Part shown: positions 1 to 9,575 of the stretch, in pieces
How positions within the stretch are numbered: position 1 is the first letter of the stretch
Layout: every line of letters starts with the position of its first letter
NCBI GenBank assembly: GCA_964624405.1
Contig: CAZUXA010000013.1
Location: 3,829-67,828, forward strand
Length of the DNA: 64,000 nucleotides
Direction of reading: 5' to 3'
Source: an uncultured bacterium
Lineage (GTDB): Bacteria > Fermentibacterota > Fermentibacteria > Fermentibacterales > JCC-6
Notes under the pieces: model-generated
What the model was told of the DNA's origin: nothing
Databases searched by the model: none
What the model saw: the letters and a program-made list of their open reading frames with translations, nothing else
Program-made: the position numbers and the translations under genes

Positions 1-356
1 TGCGATATGCGCCGAATCGGGAAAGAAAGCCTGAACAACCTGGTTGTCCCCCTGAGGAGTTACAAGGACATGACCTCCGAATGGTTCCCGTACCCAGTCA
101 AAGGATGTGTCAGGGTCCTGACCAGGCGAATACGACTCGAAATCGTCAAGGAAATCTCCCCGAACAAGCACCGCCAGCAATGGAAGGATGCACAAGCCGA
201 GTTTCATGCCTCACCCCCGTTTCATGATCAGGCCCGGACACATGGGAATATCCTCGAATCCCGGGCTCGACCGCAAGGTTTGACGAGACGAAGGCGCATA
301 CTTTATCATCAGGTTTCACGGCGTTCACAGACGGCTCCATCCGCTTCCCATGGAGG

Positions 357-2171
357 GTGTTGAAAACGAACACTGTTTCCCCGATCCGCAAGGACATCAT
401 CATCACAGCCTGTGTCCTGGCTTTTATGGCGCTCTCCTTCCTTCTCCGAACATGGTGGACTCCCGGCTTCGTCATCCCCCATTCTCTTTCGGTGATGGCG
501 GCTCTGGGGTTGGTCTGGATAACCTCACATGTGGACATCCGGCTCGGGGCCGGGTGCGCAATGGCAGTTCTGATAGCATGCGCCCTGTTCTTCCCGCCGG
601 AGTTCCATCTCTGGGGCGACGGAGCCCTGCGGATTCGCAACCTGGCAGCCGGTTTTCCCATGTTGGACGCAGCCCCGATGGAAGCCGGTGACTACGCAAT
701 CCGGCTGCTGATGGCAAGGATCGGGCTCTCTCCCGAAGACACCTACCGGATTACCGGAGTTCTGGGAGGCGGGCTTTACCTGTGGGGTCTGATCATGGTA
801 ATCGGTTCCCGGGAAAGAGGCCGGACAGCGGCGGCCAAAATGGCGATTGGGGTTTCCCCAACCTGGATGGTCTTCTTCACGGGGTATGTAGAGAGTTACG
901 CCCTTCCGGCAGGTCTTTTCGCGCTTTACACGGGCCTGATTTTCTCCGGCGCGAAGGCGATTCCAGTCGCGGTTACAGCCATGGGGGCTTCTGTCTTTCA
1001 CCTGGCGGGGCTTGCGCTGATTCCCGGAGCGGTGCTGCATGCCCTGCCAGACCGGCGAAAAGCCGGTGGATACATTCCTTTCATTCTCCTGGGAAGCGCC
1101 GCGGTTCTGATAGCCCTTCCCCTGCTGGTGGGGGGCATCGAAAAACTCACCGGCCTGCTGCAATGGCCGAACCCTCCGGCACGGCTGGCTTTGGTTTTCT
1201 TCGCGGCTCCAGCGCTTCCGATACTTCTCCGGGCTTGCCGGGCGAAGGTACCGCATTCCCTGTGGGTCGCACTGGCTCTCTTCATGGTTGCACTTGTTTT
1301 CTTCGACCTGGAGCGGGGCGAGGCAATCGACTGGGACCTGGGGGCGCTTTTCCTGGTCGTTCCCTTTCTCCTCATGCTGAAAAGGTATTCCAGGCCACTT
1401 CTGCCCTGGGTCGCCGCGGCTTCAATCCTTCTTTCCGGTCCACGGATTGGCGCTTTTCTGAATACCAACGCCAGTGAGGCCAGATACAGGTCACTGCTGG
1501 AGAACTGCGGCGACCCTGCGGCATTCGAGGAGATGGCCATTCTTCTCCGGGACCGGGGCGATCTTCAGGAAGCCGCACGCCTTCTTGGAAAAGCATTCGA
1601 CCTTTCGGAGAACGGAAGACATCTTGCCATGCTTTCCGAAGTGCGCAGGATGCAGGGCAGGCCCGACCTTGCGCTGGCCGCAGCCTCCAGGGCCGTGGAA
1701 CTCAGACCCTGCCTGGAAACCGCCTGGCTGCAGCTGGCCTTTGCGGCCCGGGACGCCGGCGACCCCGGCGAATCACTTCGTGCTGCTGAAGGCCATTCCA
1801 GAAACTTTCCCGGGCATGACGGCCCGGGACTCTGGCCAGTCGCCCTGGAAACCGCGGTGAACGCAGGGCAAGCCGAAGCTGCCTGGAGGGCTGCTCAGCC
1901 GCTTCTTTCCCTTGGTTCCAAAGACCCTGCGGTGCTCATCAACCTTGCGGGGGCCGCCTACCTTAACAACCGATTAGAGACCGCCGCCTTTTTCCTGCAG
2001 GAAGCCGCGGCGGTTTCTCCGGAAAACCCGCTTGTACTGTTCAACCAGGGGCTGGTGCACCTGGGGCTGCGGGACACTCTGGCCGCGGAGGGCTTCCTTC
2101 TGGAAGCACTCCGATTGGAACCCGGTTTGGCCGGAGCCCGGATCCTTCTCGGAGAACTGGCGGACCGCTGA
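357..2171 (+). CDS. polytopic membrane protein with C-terminal TPR repeats (O-antigen ligase/polymerase-like architecture)
   Basis: 604-aa ORF. About 10 hydrophobic segments in the N-terminal 370 aa, then TPR-like Ala/Leu-rich repeats. No specific family recognised. Confidence 0.5.
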   Translation: MLKTNTVSPIRKDIIITACVLAFMALSFLLRTWWTPGFVIPHSLSVMAALGLVWITSHVDIRLGAGCAMAVLIACALFFPPEFHLWGDGALRIRNLAAGFPMLDAAPMEAGDYAIRLLMARIGLSPEDTYRITGVLGGGLYLWGLIMVIGSRERGRTAAAKMAIGVSPTWMVFFTGYVESYALPAGLFALYTGLIFSGAKAIPVAVTAMGASVFHLAGLALIPGAVLHALPDRRKAGGYIPFILLGSAAVLIALPLLVGGIEKLTGLLQWPNPPARLALVFFAAPALPILLRACRAKVPHSLWVALALFMVALVFFDLERGEAIDWDLGALFLVVPFLLMLKRYSRPLLPWVAAASILLSGPRIGAFLNTNASEARYRSLLENCGDPAAFEEMAILLRDRGDLQEAARLLGKAFDLSENGRHLAMLSEVRRMQGRPDLALAAASRAVELRPCLETAWLQLAFAARDAGDPGESLRAAEGHSRNFPGHDGPGLWPVALETAVNAGQAEAAWRAAQPLLSLGSKDPAVLINLAGAAYLNNRLETAAFFLQEAAAVSPENPLVLFNQGLVHLGLRDTLAAEGFLLEALRLEPGLAGARILLGELADR

Positions 2172-2218
2172 TATCCACGGGGTCGGGTAGCGAAAGCGTT
2201 TGAGTGAAGGGAGTTTTC

Positions 2219-2671
2219 ATGAAAGTCTATGCTGGGCTTGCGGCATGGATTCTGGTTTCCCTTTCCGCGGGGTTTTTCGGTTCCCGCTTTTCTCCAGGGG
2301 AGTGGTACGCCCTTCTGGAAAAGCCTTCCTGGAATCCGCCGGGGTGGGTTTTCGGTCCGGTATGGACCATCCTGTACATTCTGATGGGTGTTGCGGTTTG
2401 GCTGGTATGGAAAAGCAGGGGCTTCAGCGGCGCCGTTTACCTGTTCCTGGCACAACTTGCCCTGAACGCCCTCTGGTCATACCTGTTCTTCGGCATCAAC
2501 CGGCCCGGGCTGGCGTTTCTGGAAATTCTGGTGTTGTGGGTATTGATTCTGGCCACCATGCTGGCATTTCGAAGGGTGAGTACCACCGCCGGGGCACTGA
2601 TGGTGCCATACCTGCTCTGGGTGAGTTTCGCCTCGGTTCTGAACTACGCCCTCTGGAGGCTCAACGCCTGA
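2219..2671 (+). CDS. tspO: TspO/MBR tryptophan-rich sensory protein
   Basis: Motifs W-x-x-L-x-KPSWNPP-x-W-VFGPVW-x-LY-x-MG-x-A-x-WLVW and five TM segments. GGGAG RBS 5 nt upstream of the ATG at 2219; the ORF track begins at GTG 2204. Confidence 0.85.
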   Translation: MKVYAGLAAWILVSLSAGFFGSRFSPGEWYALLEKPSWNPPGWVFGPVWTILYILMGVAVWLVWKSRGFSGAVYLFLAQLALNALWSYLFFGINRPGLAFLEILVLWVLILATMLAFRRVSTTAGALMVPYLLWVSFASVLNYALWRLNA

Positions 2672-2705
2672 AACCGAAATGGTCGCTTAACCAGCCCATC
2701 CGGGC

Positions 2706-3245
2706 TTACTCCGTAATCAGGGTGACCACCGGTGAGTTCTCGGACAGCCTTCCGCTCGCCGAGCGAAGGTCGGTGGTGGAGATGTACCTTGTCTCGGTAG
2801 TGGCCCAGCCGTAAACATAGAGGGAACCGGAAACACTTCCGAAACTCATTTCCAGCAGAAGGTGGCCGCCCTCGTACTCCCATGGTTCATCCAGGTTCAG
2901 AACCACCAGTCCACTCTCATCCGCCGTTGCGGATAAACTGTTCCTCTCCAGCACCAGGGTTCGCGAAACCCTGTTCCCACTGAACTCGACGCCCAGCTTG
3001 CCGCTTCCCGCGGCACCAAGGTGAACCCTGACGTTGCCCAGTGCAACCGAGGGTGAGCCCGCCGCATGGTGGAACGCGATTCCGGTAATGGTAAGCGGAC
3101 CGGGAAGCTGGTCTTCAGGCACTACCAACTGGCAGTGTATGGATGACGAGCCTCAACCTCCGCAGAGGGGTTCGGCCAGGGGAAAAGTTGGGGTTCCAAT
3201 GGTAAGAACGCCGTTGAAAAGGGCTGTGGCGATCAATATGTGCAT
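2706..3245 (-). CDS. secreted beta-rich hypothetical protein with in-frame TGA at 3153-3155 (candidate selenocysteine in C-G-G-U motif) or pseudogene
   Basis: ATG at 3245 encodes a signal-peptide-like MHILIATALFNGVLTIGTPTFPLAEPLCGG. The next codon is an in-frame TGA, and the same frame continues as GSSSIHCQ-LVVPEDQ... into the 140-aa ORF called at 2706..3128. A hairpin CACUGCC-AGUU-GGUAGUG lies 16 nt after the UGA. Confidence 0.4.
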
Positions 3246-3309
3246 GCTCGCTCCTCTGGTTTTCGGTTGATTCTATCGGGTATACTCCGCCGGAGGGGTT
3301 GCTGTTCCG

Positions 3310-4728
3310 TCAACCTCTTCCCGCGGGCTCGGCAACAGGAATGGGCAACTGGTCTCCATGCTCCACAAGCACGATGGTTCTCCAGGGCCCCTTTTTGTAT
3401 CTGACGAAGTAACCCACTGCCAGAAGAGCAATGTACAGTGTGGTGAACAGCCACAGGGAAATCACCCCGGTACCCGGACCGCGATAAAGAAGAAAGATTC
3501 CGGGGATCCAGAAAAGCCAGCCCAGACATGTGGACAGCAGCATCACGAACCTGGTGTCTCCAGCGCCCCGGAGGGCTCCTCCAAGCATGAGGGATACGGC
3601 ATCAAAGCCTCCCCACATGCACAGAATTGCCAGCAGAACTGAACCGGTGGCCTTCAACTGCTCAAATGGAACATCCACCTCGGGACTGCGAAAGAGGTTC
3701 ATGTAAAACCCGGGAAGAAGAAGAAATGTGAGGGCTATCGCACTGAAGTAGAGCAGCGCCACTACAAGTGTTCTCCGGGTGACCCGGGCGGCCATTCGGG
3801 AATCGCCTGCTCCCCGGTAGCGGCCCACCAGAATTGTGGTCGCAATGCTGAAACCAAGAAGTGGGTGGAACGCCAGGTTGTTAACTCCAAAGGCGATGTT
3901 GCTGGCGGTGAACTCCACGGGGGAGAGGCGCCCCGTGAGAAAGACGAACACGGAGAAGCTTGCCACATCCATGAACACGCTGATGGCTGAGGGGAGGCCG
4001 TACCGTATGGTTTTCCAGGCCTGTGTCGCGGAGAAGCGGAACAAGCTTCTGATCGGAAACTCACGGGCGATTTTTCCAGACATGCTCAGCGAGATCAAAA
4101 CCAGGCCCGGCACAAAGGAGCTGATCGCCGTGGCGATTCCCGCGCCCTCGATGCCCATCTCCGGAAAACCGAACCTGCCGAAGATCAGTATCCAGTCCAG
4201 GAAAACATTCAGTGCGGCTCCCGCCATACCGGCGGCCATGGTGACAGTGGTTCTTCCAAGACCGCTCCAGAGCGATGCGGCTCCGGCGTTCAAGGTGGCG
4301 CCCACGCCCGCTATGATCATCCAGCGGAAGTATACCTCCTCCAAGGCCAGCACATGCGCGGGATGACCTCCAAGCTTGAGAACTTCCTGCCCCGGAACTC
4401 CGATCAAAAGCAGAATCGGTGCGGAGAAAAGAGCCAGAAACACCCCCTGGGAATAGGACACCGCAACACCGTTCCGATTCCCGGCACCGTGATTCTGGGC
4501 GACGAAGGTTGAGGCGTAGCCGGCGGTTCCCTGAAAGACGGATATCAGGGTAAAGGCCAGTATCCCGGCGGGCAGAGCGGCCTGAAGCTCCCAGACACTG
4601 TGTCTGGCAAGAAAAATCCTGTCGCAGAACATCATCACGGTCTGGGCCGCCATGCCGGCAATCACCGGGAGTGAAACCGCCAGAATCTCCCGGTAGCTGC
4701 CAGGGGGATGGGGAAGCTTTACGGCCAA
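3310..4728 (-). CDS. MATE family multidrug/oligosaccharidyl-lipid efflux transporter
   Basis: 472 aa with 12 predicted TM segments and MATE-like N-terminus (LAVSLPVIAGMAAQTVMMFCDRIFLARHS). Confidence 0.8.
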   Translation of the reverse strand: MAVKLPHPPGSYREILAVSLPVIAGMAAQTVMMFCDRIFLARHSVWELQAALPAGILAFTLISVFQGTAGYASTFVAQNHGAGNRNGVAVSYSQGVFLALFSAPILLLIGVPGQEVLKLGGHPAHVLALEEVYFRWMIIAGVGATLNAGAASLWSGLGRTTVTMAAGMAGAALNVFLDWILIFGRFGFPEMGIEGAGIATAISSFVPGLVLISLSMSGKIAREFPIRSLFRFSATQAWKTIRYGLPSAISVFMDVASFSVFVFLTGRLSPVEFTASNIAFGVNNLAFHPLLGFSIATTILVGRYRGAGDSRMAARVTRRTLVVALLYFSAIALTFLLLPGFYMNLFRSPEVDVPFEQLKATGSVLLAILCMWGGFDAVSLMLGGALRGAGDTRFVMLLSTCLGWLFWIPGIFLLYRGPGTGVISLWLFTTLYIALLAVGYFVRYKKGPWRTIVLVEHGDQLPIPVAEPAGRG

Positions 4729-5477
4729 GGAATCCTCAGGATTTTCCCCCGACCGTCGTCTGTGACCAGCATGCTGCTGTCGGGCAGAAAGAGAATGTCC
4801 TCAATGGCCATCAACCCTGATGCGAAAACCGATGTTTCACCTTCGGGAGAGACGGCGACAACTTTGCCGAGGTCTTCACCGGCCACCATGAGGGTTCTGC
4901 CGTCCGGGGCGAATCGAAGACCCTCCGCTGATGAGATTCCCCCGGCGTAGGGCCACCACATCCGGGTATCGGGGTTGACCCGTATCACGCTGATAACCAG
5001 GCCGATCACCGGAGTTTCGTTGCTGGCGTAAAGCATGTTGTCGGGTCCGCAGGTGATTCCCCCGAGCATGAAGCCCACCGGAAGTGTGATGATGGAATCC
5101 GGATTCTGGGGTGTCCATCGGCAGATGCCGGTGGGGCCTCCGATTTGAGCCCATGTGTAATAGATTTCACCGCTTTGGCAAACCACAACCCCCTCGGGGT
5201 TTGGAATACTGTCCTGCAGGGTGCCCGCCACGGAGGAGATCAGCCTGCCGGCACGGACATCCTCCACCACCAGCAGTTCATACTCTGGATGCCAGGCAAC
5301 CCCTTCGGGATCGGACAGACCGTTCATCGCGGTGTACACTTCGCCTTCCGGGGAAATGGCTGTCACGACCCCGGCCTTTTCCTCCGCCACATACACGGTG
5401 CCGTCCGGGCCCAGAGCAAGGCCGTCCGGGCTTGAAAGCCCACCGAGAAAAACTTCGAATGCGAGAACAAGAATCAT
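4719..5477 (-). CDS. NHL-repeat / SMP-30-like beta-propeller protein (secreted)
   Basis: N-terminal signal peptide and repeated G-x-x-Y-V-A/PDG-x-x-Y-V blocks typical of NHL/six-bladed propellers. ATGA overlap with upstream mrp. Confidence 0.6.
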   Translation of the reverse strand: MILVLAFEVFLGGLSSPDGLALGPDGTVYVAEEKAGVVTAISPEGEVYTAMNGLSDPEGVAWHPEYELLVVEDVRAGRLISSVAGTLQDSIPNPEGVVVCQSGEIYYTWAQIGGPTGICRWTPQNPDSIITLPVGFMLGGITCGPDNMLYASNETPVIGLVISVIRVNPDTRMWWPYAGGISSAEGLRFAPDGRTLMVAGEDLGKVVAVSPEGETSVFASGLMAIEDILFLPDSSMLVTDDGRGKILRIPWP

Positions 5478-6295
5478 GGGAGCCTTAGAACTGGTTCGGC
5501 AACCGCCTCCATAGCCTTGGCAGATAATGATTTGCCGTAATGATAAACGAAAGGGGTTCCCCGGTCTCCGGATTCGGCGACGGCGGGATCAAGGGGAATC
5601 CTGCCCAGTAAGGGTGCTCCGGAGAAATGAGCGGTATCTTCCCCGCCGGTTCCCATAAAAACCTCGGTAACTTCCCCGCACTTCGGGCAGGCGAAGCCAC
5701 TCATGTTCTCCACCACACCCAGAACAGGAACACCGGTCTTTACACAGAAGTCAACGCACTTCCGCACATCTGCGGCCGCCACCTTCTGCGGGGTTGTTAC
5801 AATTATGGCGCCGGCGATGTTTTCCGCCAGTTGCACCACCGAAAGGGGCTCGTCACCTGTGCCCGGCGGGCAGTCCACCACCAGATAATCAAGCTCGCCC
5901 CAGGCAACCTGCTGCAGGAATCTGGTTATGATGGCCATCTTCATGGGTCCCCGCCAGATCAGCGCGTCCTGCGTGTTCTTGAGCATAAAGCCGACACTCA
6001 TCACCTTCATGCCGGAGGTTTCAACCGGAATCAGAACCTCGTCGTGCATCTGAACCCCCGAGAGTCCGGCGCCAAGCATCATCGGAATGCTTGGTCCGTG
6101 AATGTCAACATCAAGAAGCCCAACCCGCCTGCCCTGCATGGCCAGGGATACCCCCAGGTTGACGGCGATGGTGCTTTTTCCCACTCCGCCTTTGCCGGAA
6201 AGAACAAGGACGGTATGCCTTACCTTCGAACAGCCATGGGGGCCCGCCCCCTGTGTTGCGATTTCGTTCCCGGTGTCTTCTCTCATGGAAACCAT
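5474..6295 (-). CDS. apbC: Mrp/NBP35 (ApbC) family iron-sulfur cluster carrier ATPase
   Basis: Deviant Walker A VLSGKGGVGKST; CPxC-type cysteines (GFACPKCG); ~270 aa. Confidence 0.85.
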   Translation of the reverse strand: MVSMREDTGNEIATQGAGPHGCSKVRHTVLVLSGKGGVGKSTIAVNLGVSLAMQGRRVGLLDVDIHGPSIPMMLGAGLSGVQMHDEVLIPVETSGMKVMSVGFMLKNTQDALIWRGPMKMAIITRFLQQVAWGELDYLVVDCPPGTGDEPLSVVQLAENIAGAIIVTTPQKVAAADVRKCVDFCVKTGVPVLGVVENMSGFACPKCGEVTEVFMGTGGEDTAHFSGAPLLGRIPLDPAVAESGDRGTPFVYHYGKSLSAKAMEAVAEPVLRLP

Positions 6296-6370
6296 TCCTT
6301 TTTCGCCTCTTCTGCCATCCCTGTGAATCGATCAGAGAATCAATGAATATACGGGTTTTGCCGTGAATCG

Positions 6371-7792
6371 ATGCGAAACATGTATGTTTGCCCGATGAGA
6401 AAGCATCGCAGCGAACTGCGGGAAACATTTCGCATATCCATCACCGAAGGTGTCTTTTCCCAGGTGTACGGAAGCCTGTCGGGTCCTGGCTCGGCTTTCC
6501 TCACAAGGTTGCTTGTGTTTCTGCAGGCGGGTCCGGTGCATTTCGCTCTTCTGTCAGCCATCGGCCAGGTTTCAATGCTCTTTCAACCTTTGGGAATCCT
6601 GGCGTGCCGGGGATGCGCCTCGAGGAAGCGGAGGGTCATCGCCTGGGCCGCCGCCGGCAGGTCGCTGACACCCCTTCTGGGCCTGGCACCCCTGCTGCTT
6701 CCGCGGAATCTGGCGCTTCCAGCGGTGCTGTTGCTGTTCTTCATCATAACGTCCATTCTGGCTGTCTCCACCAACATGTGGACGGGATGGATCGCCTGCA
6801 TGGTTCCCAAGAGGGTCAGGGGAAGGTTCTTCGCCAGAAGGAACGCGGTTCTAATGACCTTCGGTCTGCTGGTAAGCTTCGCCTTCGGCGTGGCGCTGGA
6901 TGCGGGTTCCCAATCTCCGACCGGTGTGGGGGCTCTGGTTGCAAGGGTCTTCGGCATGAGCCCAAGCGGCCTTCCATTGACATTTCTGCTTACCTTCGCC
7001 ACCGCGGGGATGCTGGGAATGGCAGGTCTTCTGATTCTCAGGCGACAGCCGGAGAAGCAGCAGATTCCCTCGGGAGATACCCTGCGAAGCACCGTTATGG
7101 AGCCGATGAGGGATCCCAGTTTTCGCCGTCTCTGCCTCTTCGGAGGATGGTGGATGATGGCGGTCGGGGTTGGCGCTCCGTTCTGGCAGCCCTTCATGAT
7201 TCAGGTACTTGGAATGGGGCTGGTGGAGATGCTTCTGTACGGAGCAGTAAGCACGTTGGGCGCTGTGGCCACCCTGAAGTACTGGGGAAGGCTCATTGAC
7301 CGCTTCGGGAATCGCACAGCGATGAAACTGGCAATAGTGTTGGGCTCCATAGTCCCTCTATCCTGGCTGTTCATAACCAGGGAAACCCGCTGGCTTCTCC
7401 TCTTCGAAGCAGTTCTCTCCGGCAGCATGTGGGGGTGCGTGGGAGTTGTGACCGCGAATCTGGTGCTTTCAGTGGCTCCACGGGGGAAAGAGCAGGCTTA
7501 CTCCGGGCTGTACAGCGCTGTCTGCGGCCTGGCAATGATTGCATCCATGCTGGGTTCCGGGGTTTTCATGCCGTCTCCGCTTCAACTCCCCGGAATCTCA
7601 TTGCATCCGATGCAGGTGCTTTTCCTGGCAACCGCTGTAGCCCGGCTTTCAGCTGAGATACCCCTGGCATTCGTGCGTGAACCGGATTCTCTTCCGGTTT
7701 CCGCGGTTCTTCGCAGGCTTCTGCTCTGGAACAAGGTAAGGTTTCCCATGCCCAGGGTGTTCATCAGCCGGAAGCGTGGCCCTCAGGACTGA
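6371..7792 (+). CDS. MFS-type transporter
   Basis: About 12 TM segments arranged 6+6 with a central loop. Start may be the internal ATG at 6395. Confidence 0.6.
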   Translation: MRNMYVCPMRKHRSELRETFRISITEGVFSQVYGSLSGPGSAFLTRLLVFLQAGPVHFALLSAIGQVSMLFQPLGILACRGCASRKRRVIAWAAAGRSLTPLLGLAPLLLPRNLALPAVLLLFFIITSILAVSTNMWTGWIACMVPKRVRGRFFARRNAVLMTFGLLVSFAFGVALDAGSQSPTGVGALVARVFGMSPSGLPLTFLLTFATAGMLGMAGLLILRRQPEKQQIPSGDTLRSTVMEPMRDPSFRRLCLFGGWWMMAVGVGAPFWQPFMIQVLGMGLVEMLLYGAVSTLGAVATLKYWGRLIDRFGNRTAMKLAIVLGSIVPLSWLFITRETRWLLLFEAVLSGSMWGCVGVVTANLVLSVAPRGKEQAYSGLYSAVCGLAMIASMLGSGVFMPSPLQLPGISLHPMQVLFLATAVARLSAEIPLAFVREPDSLPVSAVLRRLLLWNKVRFPMPRVFISRKRGPQD

Positions 7793-8625
7793 AATCCGAC
7801 CGCCATTTCCCCAAGGGTTTTCTTCTCTCCGGGTATGGTCAGCAACCTGCGAAGCTTGCCCAGGGTTCCGGCAAGCCCGTGGTAGTGTCTGAATGTGTGG
7901 CCAGGGTTCTTCACCCTGGTTTTCGGCTGGAGCGGGTCGACCTCCCATGGGTGCATGTAGAAAATGTAGACCTCGTTTGCCTTCAGGTACCTGAACACCA
8001 TGGCACTGAAAAACCGATAAGGAAAGAGCCGGAAGTAACCCCCTCCGGAGATGGGAAACCGCATGCCCAGAAAGCTGCCCATGGGCATGGGGTACTCAAT
8101 GATTCCAGAACGATGCCTGAACGGCCCTCCCGGAGAAAGTGTGCCGGAAATCTTCCCGTAACGGTCATGGATCGCGAATGGATTCAGACTTGAATCGTAC
8201 CGGTATCCCGCTTCCGCCAGCAGGTCGAGAAGCCCGTCTGATACTGAGAAGCAGGGTGCCCGATACCCGATGACCTCCGTGCCTGACAGATCCTCCAGAA
8301 TTCTTTTCGAAACCGTCACATCCCGGCGGATTTCCTCTTCCTTCATGGAATAGTTGATGATGTGCCCATGACCGTGGGAAGCTATTTCGTGCCCGGCGCC
8401 GGCAATGGTCCTGACCAGCGCCGGTATTCTTTCAGCTATCCAGCCGAGAATGAAGAAAGTACCCTTCACATCACTCTCGGCAAGTACTTCAAGAACCCGG
8501 TTTACACTGGCCTCCACCCTGAGTTCACGGTCTTGCCAGGAACCGGGAGGATGGGCTTCCCGAAGGTTTTCAGACTGAAACCAGTCCTCCACGTCAACAG
8601 TGATGCAGAGTGTTCCGGTTTTCAT
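7783..8625 (-). CDS. polysaccharide deacetylase family protein (DVEDWF variant, ArnD/XrtA-locus-like)
   Basis: N-terminal TVDVEDWFQ and HGHGHI metal-binding motifs. Length ~280 aa. Confidence 0.8.
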   Translation of the reverse strand: MKTGTLCITVDVEDWFQSENLREAHPPGSWQDRELRVEASVNRVLEVLAESDVKGTFFILGWIAERIPALVRTIAGAGHEIASHGHGHIINYSMKEEEIRRDVTVSKRILEDLSGTEVIGYRAPCFSVSDGLLDLLAEAGYRYDSSLNPFAIHDRYGKISGTLSPGGPFRHRSGIIEYPMPMGSFLGMRFPISGGGYFRLFPYRFFSAMVFRYLKANEVYIFYMHPWEVDPLQPKTRVKNPGHTFRHYHGLAGTLGKLRRLLTIPGEKKTLGEMAVGFQS

Positions 8626-9383
8626 ACCAGCTTCTTTCCCGTGGCGAAAAACTTCTTCGTGGATTCCCGATCAGGAAAGGAGAAGTACGTGGCCTCGCTC
8701 ACATCGCACTCCTTGGGGTCGTTGTAGTACCGGGAGAAATCCAGAAGAAAGTCCACCATCATCCTGGCCCCTTGCGTCTTGGTTTTCAGGATGGCGTGAT
8801 CAAGGGTGCGGCATTCACCGATTGAAACCGAGCGCTGCATCAGAATGTCTCCGGAATCAAGCTTCTCTATCATCTTGTGAATGGTTATCCCGATTTCCTC
8901 GAAGCCGTCCCGCATCTGCCAGTATACAGGCATCATGCCCTGGTACTTGGGAAGCATGCTGCTGTGAATGTTCACGCATCCGTACCGGGGTGCGGAGAGC
9001 AGCTTGCCCCGGAAGATCCGTGATGCCGCGACGGAAATCGCCACATCCTGCTTCCTGGCGAAGCGGATGAATTCTCTGGAATGTATGTTTTCCACGTATT
9101 GAAATTCCGCCCCCAGAGTTTCCGCGAAGTGTTTTGTGGTTTTCCTGTTCAGCATGGAAACCGTGTATTTTCTGGCGATCCGCAGGGTGTCGAAAAAGCC
9201 GTAAAATCCGTAGATCCTTCTGAACAGGGCAGTTTTGGAGTCTCTTCCCAGTGGAACCAGGGAAACCAGTGCGTTCACCGATACTCCGTTTTCCCTGAGA
9301 GTCAGCCTGTGTTTGGTGAACTCCTCCCAGAAACTGGAGATGTAGATGGGATCCTCCTGGGTTATGAAAACCACTTTCAGCAT
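8622..9383 (-). CDS. formyltransferase (Fmt/ArnA N-terminal-domain-like)
   Basis: NIHSSMLPKYQGMMPVYWQMRDG...GITIHKMIEKLDSGDIL matches the formyl_trans_N catalytic motif (His/Asp). 4-nt overlap with the deacetylase gene. Confidence 0.75.
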   Translation of the reverse strand: MLKVVFITQEDPIYISSFWEEFTKHRLTLRENGVSVNALVSLVPLGRDSKTALFRRIYGFYGFFDTLRIARKYTVSMLNRKTTKHFAETLGAEFQYVENIHSREFIRFARKQDVAISVAASRIFRGKLLSAPRYGCVNIHSSMLPKYQGMMPVYWQMRDGFEEIGITIHKMIEKLDSGDILMQRSVSIGECRTLDHAILKTKTQGARMMVDFLLDFSRYYNDPKECDVSEATYFSFPDRESTKKFFATGKKLV

Positions 9384-9575
9384 TTTCCGGGGGGCTCCTT
9401 CCGTCTGGTTCGTCCGGGGAAGAATACCGAAGAAGGTGAAGCAGGGGCAACACCTCCGGTTCCTCGGAACATAAGGCCGCCTCCGGCGTATATTCCCCAG
9501 TCGCCAATCTCAGTTATTGCATCCGCAGAGGAACGGGAAGAGAGGTATTCGTTGAGGAAAACATCCGTATCGGCA

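Noticed and set aside
7-661. ORFs 7-363 (+) and 146-661 (-) at the window start
   Set aside because: They are mutually overlapping with no recognisable motifs, and the window edge prevents context. Left unannotated.
9081-9575. N-terminal 165-aa extension of the CsgG-like ORF in the track
   Set aside because: It overlaps the opposite-strand formyltransferase gene. The lipoprotein signal peptide and lipobox begin at the internal ATG 9576.
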